Below are positions 62,753 through 64,000 of a DNA stretch of 64,000 nucleotides, piece by piece. The notes under the pieces were generated by a model. It did not search any database, was not told where the DNA came from, and saw only the letters and a list, made by a program, of their open reading frames with translations. The stretch lies in NCBI GenBank assembly GCA_016748015.1, contig JAAOMT010000529.1, positions 4,848 through 68,847 on the forward strand, given 5' to 3'. The position numbers and the translations under genes were made by a program. The DNA is from Geosiphon pyriformis uo1. Its lineage: Eukaryota; Fungi; Glomeromycota. Each line of letters begins with the position of its first letter. Position 1 is the stretch's first letter.

Positions 62753-64000
62753 CTGATTAAAACTTTTTAAGTGATTAACCAGTTAAGTTTTAACTAATTA
62801 AAAATATTACATAATTAATTATTTTAATAAAACTTTTTAAATAGTTAATTAATTAGGTCTTAATTATAAATACTACTTGTTTAAATATAACAATATTATT
62901 TTATTTAAAAAATATAACTGTTTTAAGTAGAATAAACATTTTTTTGGTTTTATTAATCTAAAGAATAATAGAAAATTATTAAATAAAACAAGATTGATTT
63001 TATAAAAAATAAGTAAAAAGTTTAAATATTTAGTTTTTAAACTTAAAAGTTTTTTGAAATACTATTAAAAAACAATAAATTGTGTTAAAATAATATTTTA
63101 TTACAGAAATATGTATAAAAATAAAATAAATAATTTTCAGAAAATGTAAAAAAATAAATAGTTTGAATTCGTATAAGTTATATATAATTCAGTTAATAAT
63201 ACATATTAAGAAAAAAATTTTGTTAAAAAAAAGTTTTTAGTTTTGTAATTGCTTGTCAAAAATAGTTTTAAATTATGAAAATAGTTATAAAAAAATATTT
63301 ACAAATATTGCAAAGAAAGTAAACTTAATTGAAAAAATGTGAAGTTAAGAATATTTAAAAGTATTTAGTTTAAAAATTTTTGATAAGATGAATTAGACTT
63401 TTAATAATAAAAAATTATCTGGAGCTTATTTTTTAATATTATATTTAATAACTAAAAGTTATTATTACTAATTATTAAAATTAAGCTGTCTTGAATTGAA
63501 ATTGCATATTAAAATTAAGTTTGCTAAATTACTTTTTTTATTATATTGAAGATTTCTCATTTGTTGTAATTTTTGATTTTGTTTTCAACTTTGCCATTAT
63601 TGTGTTTTAAATATTTCTTAATAATATTAAAAATGCTTTGAAATGTTTAATAAAATTTTTATTGTTAAGCAAAAATTTGTTAATTAATTTTAAACCAAAA
63701 AAGGTATTGTCTTTGAAAATACTTTTAAATCCAAAGTCAATTAATTTTTTTGGTTGTATAATCTATAAAATTGATAACATAATTGGTCAAATTTATAATT
63801 TAATATGTTTTATTTACTAATTACTTGTTTTTAATTATCACCAAAAACATACAATCGTAATCTTTAAATTTCAAAAAAAAATTCAATACTGCTGTTGTTA
63901 AAACTGGTAAAAAATATTCAAAATTTAAAAATTAATATTATGTTATGAACTAAATATATTCATTTAGCATGAATTAATGTTATTTGAAAATTATTTACAA

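Noticed and set aside
62810-64000. Possible further DNA-transposon relic (also about 12800-13500)
   Set aside because: Composition suggests eroded coding DNA, but no diagnostic motif or terminus could be read with confidence.

Overview
Very AT-rich, intron-containing eukaryotic DNA with three N-gaps. The gene families point to an arbuscular-mycorrhizal-type fungus (Glomeromycotina); this is inferred from family content, not from a database search. The window is an accessory, repeat-rich region with four main components. (i) An array of six paralogous tyrosine-kinase-like (TKL) kinase loci with an N-terminal HDCxxCxxC-x(9-11)-CxxC motif: two intact (28166-29981, 36825-38511), three pseudogenised, one hidden by a gap. 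(ii) Two inverted paralogous genes for small secreted, KR-punctuated, Asn/Gly-repeat precursors (6545+, 25686-), whose flanking DNA is better conserved than their peptide-coding part. (iii) Two full-length but inactivated Ty3/Gypsy LTR retrotransposons of different families (13959-21729 minus; about 51556-62752 plus, carrying a dUTPase and a nested Tc1, and apparently sitting in a hAT end). (iv) Many C>T/G>A-eroded TE relics. The best candidate for a novel system: both Gypsy families carry a homologous, non-env accessory ORF between integrase and the 3' LTR, and each LTR has its own tandem array (12 bp vs 20 bp) just upstream of the TATA box. This suggests a transposon-encoded regulator plus cognate binding array. 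The second candidate is the Kex2-processed repeat-peptide precursor pair lying beside the diversifying kinase array. All alignments were made by eye and relic boundaries are approximate.
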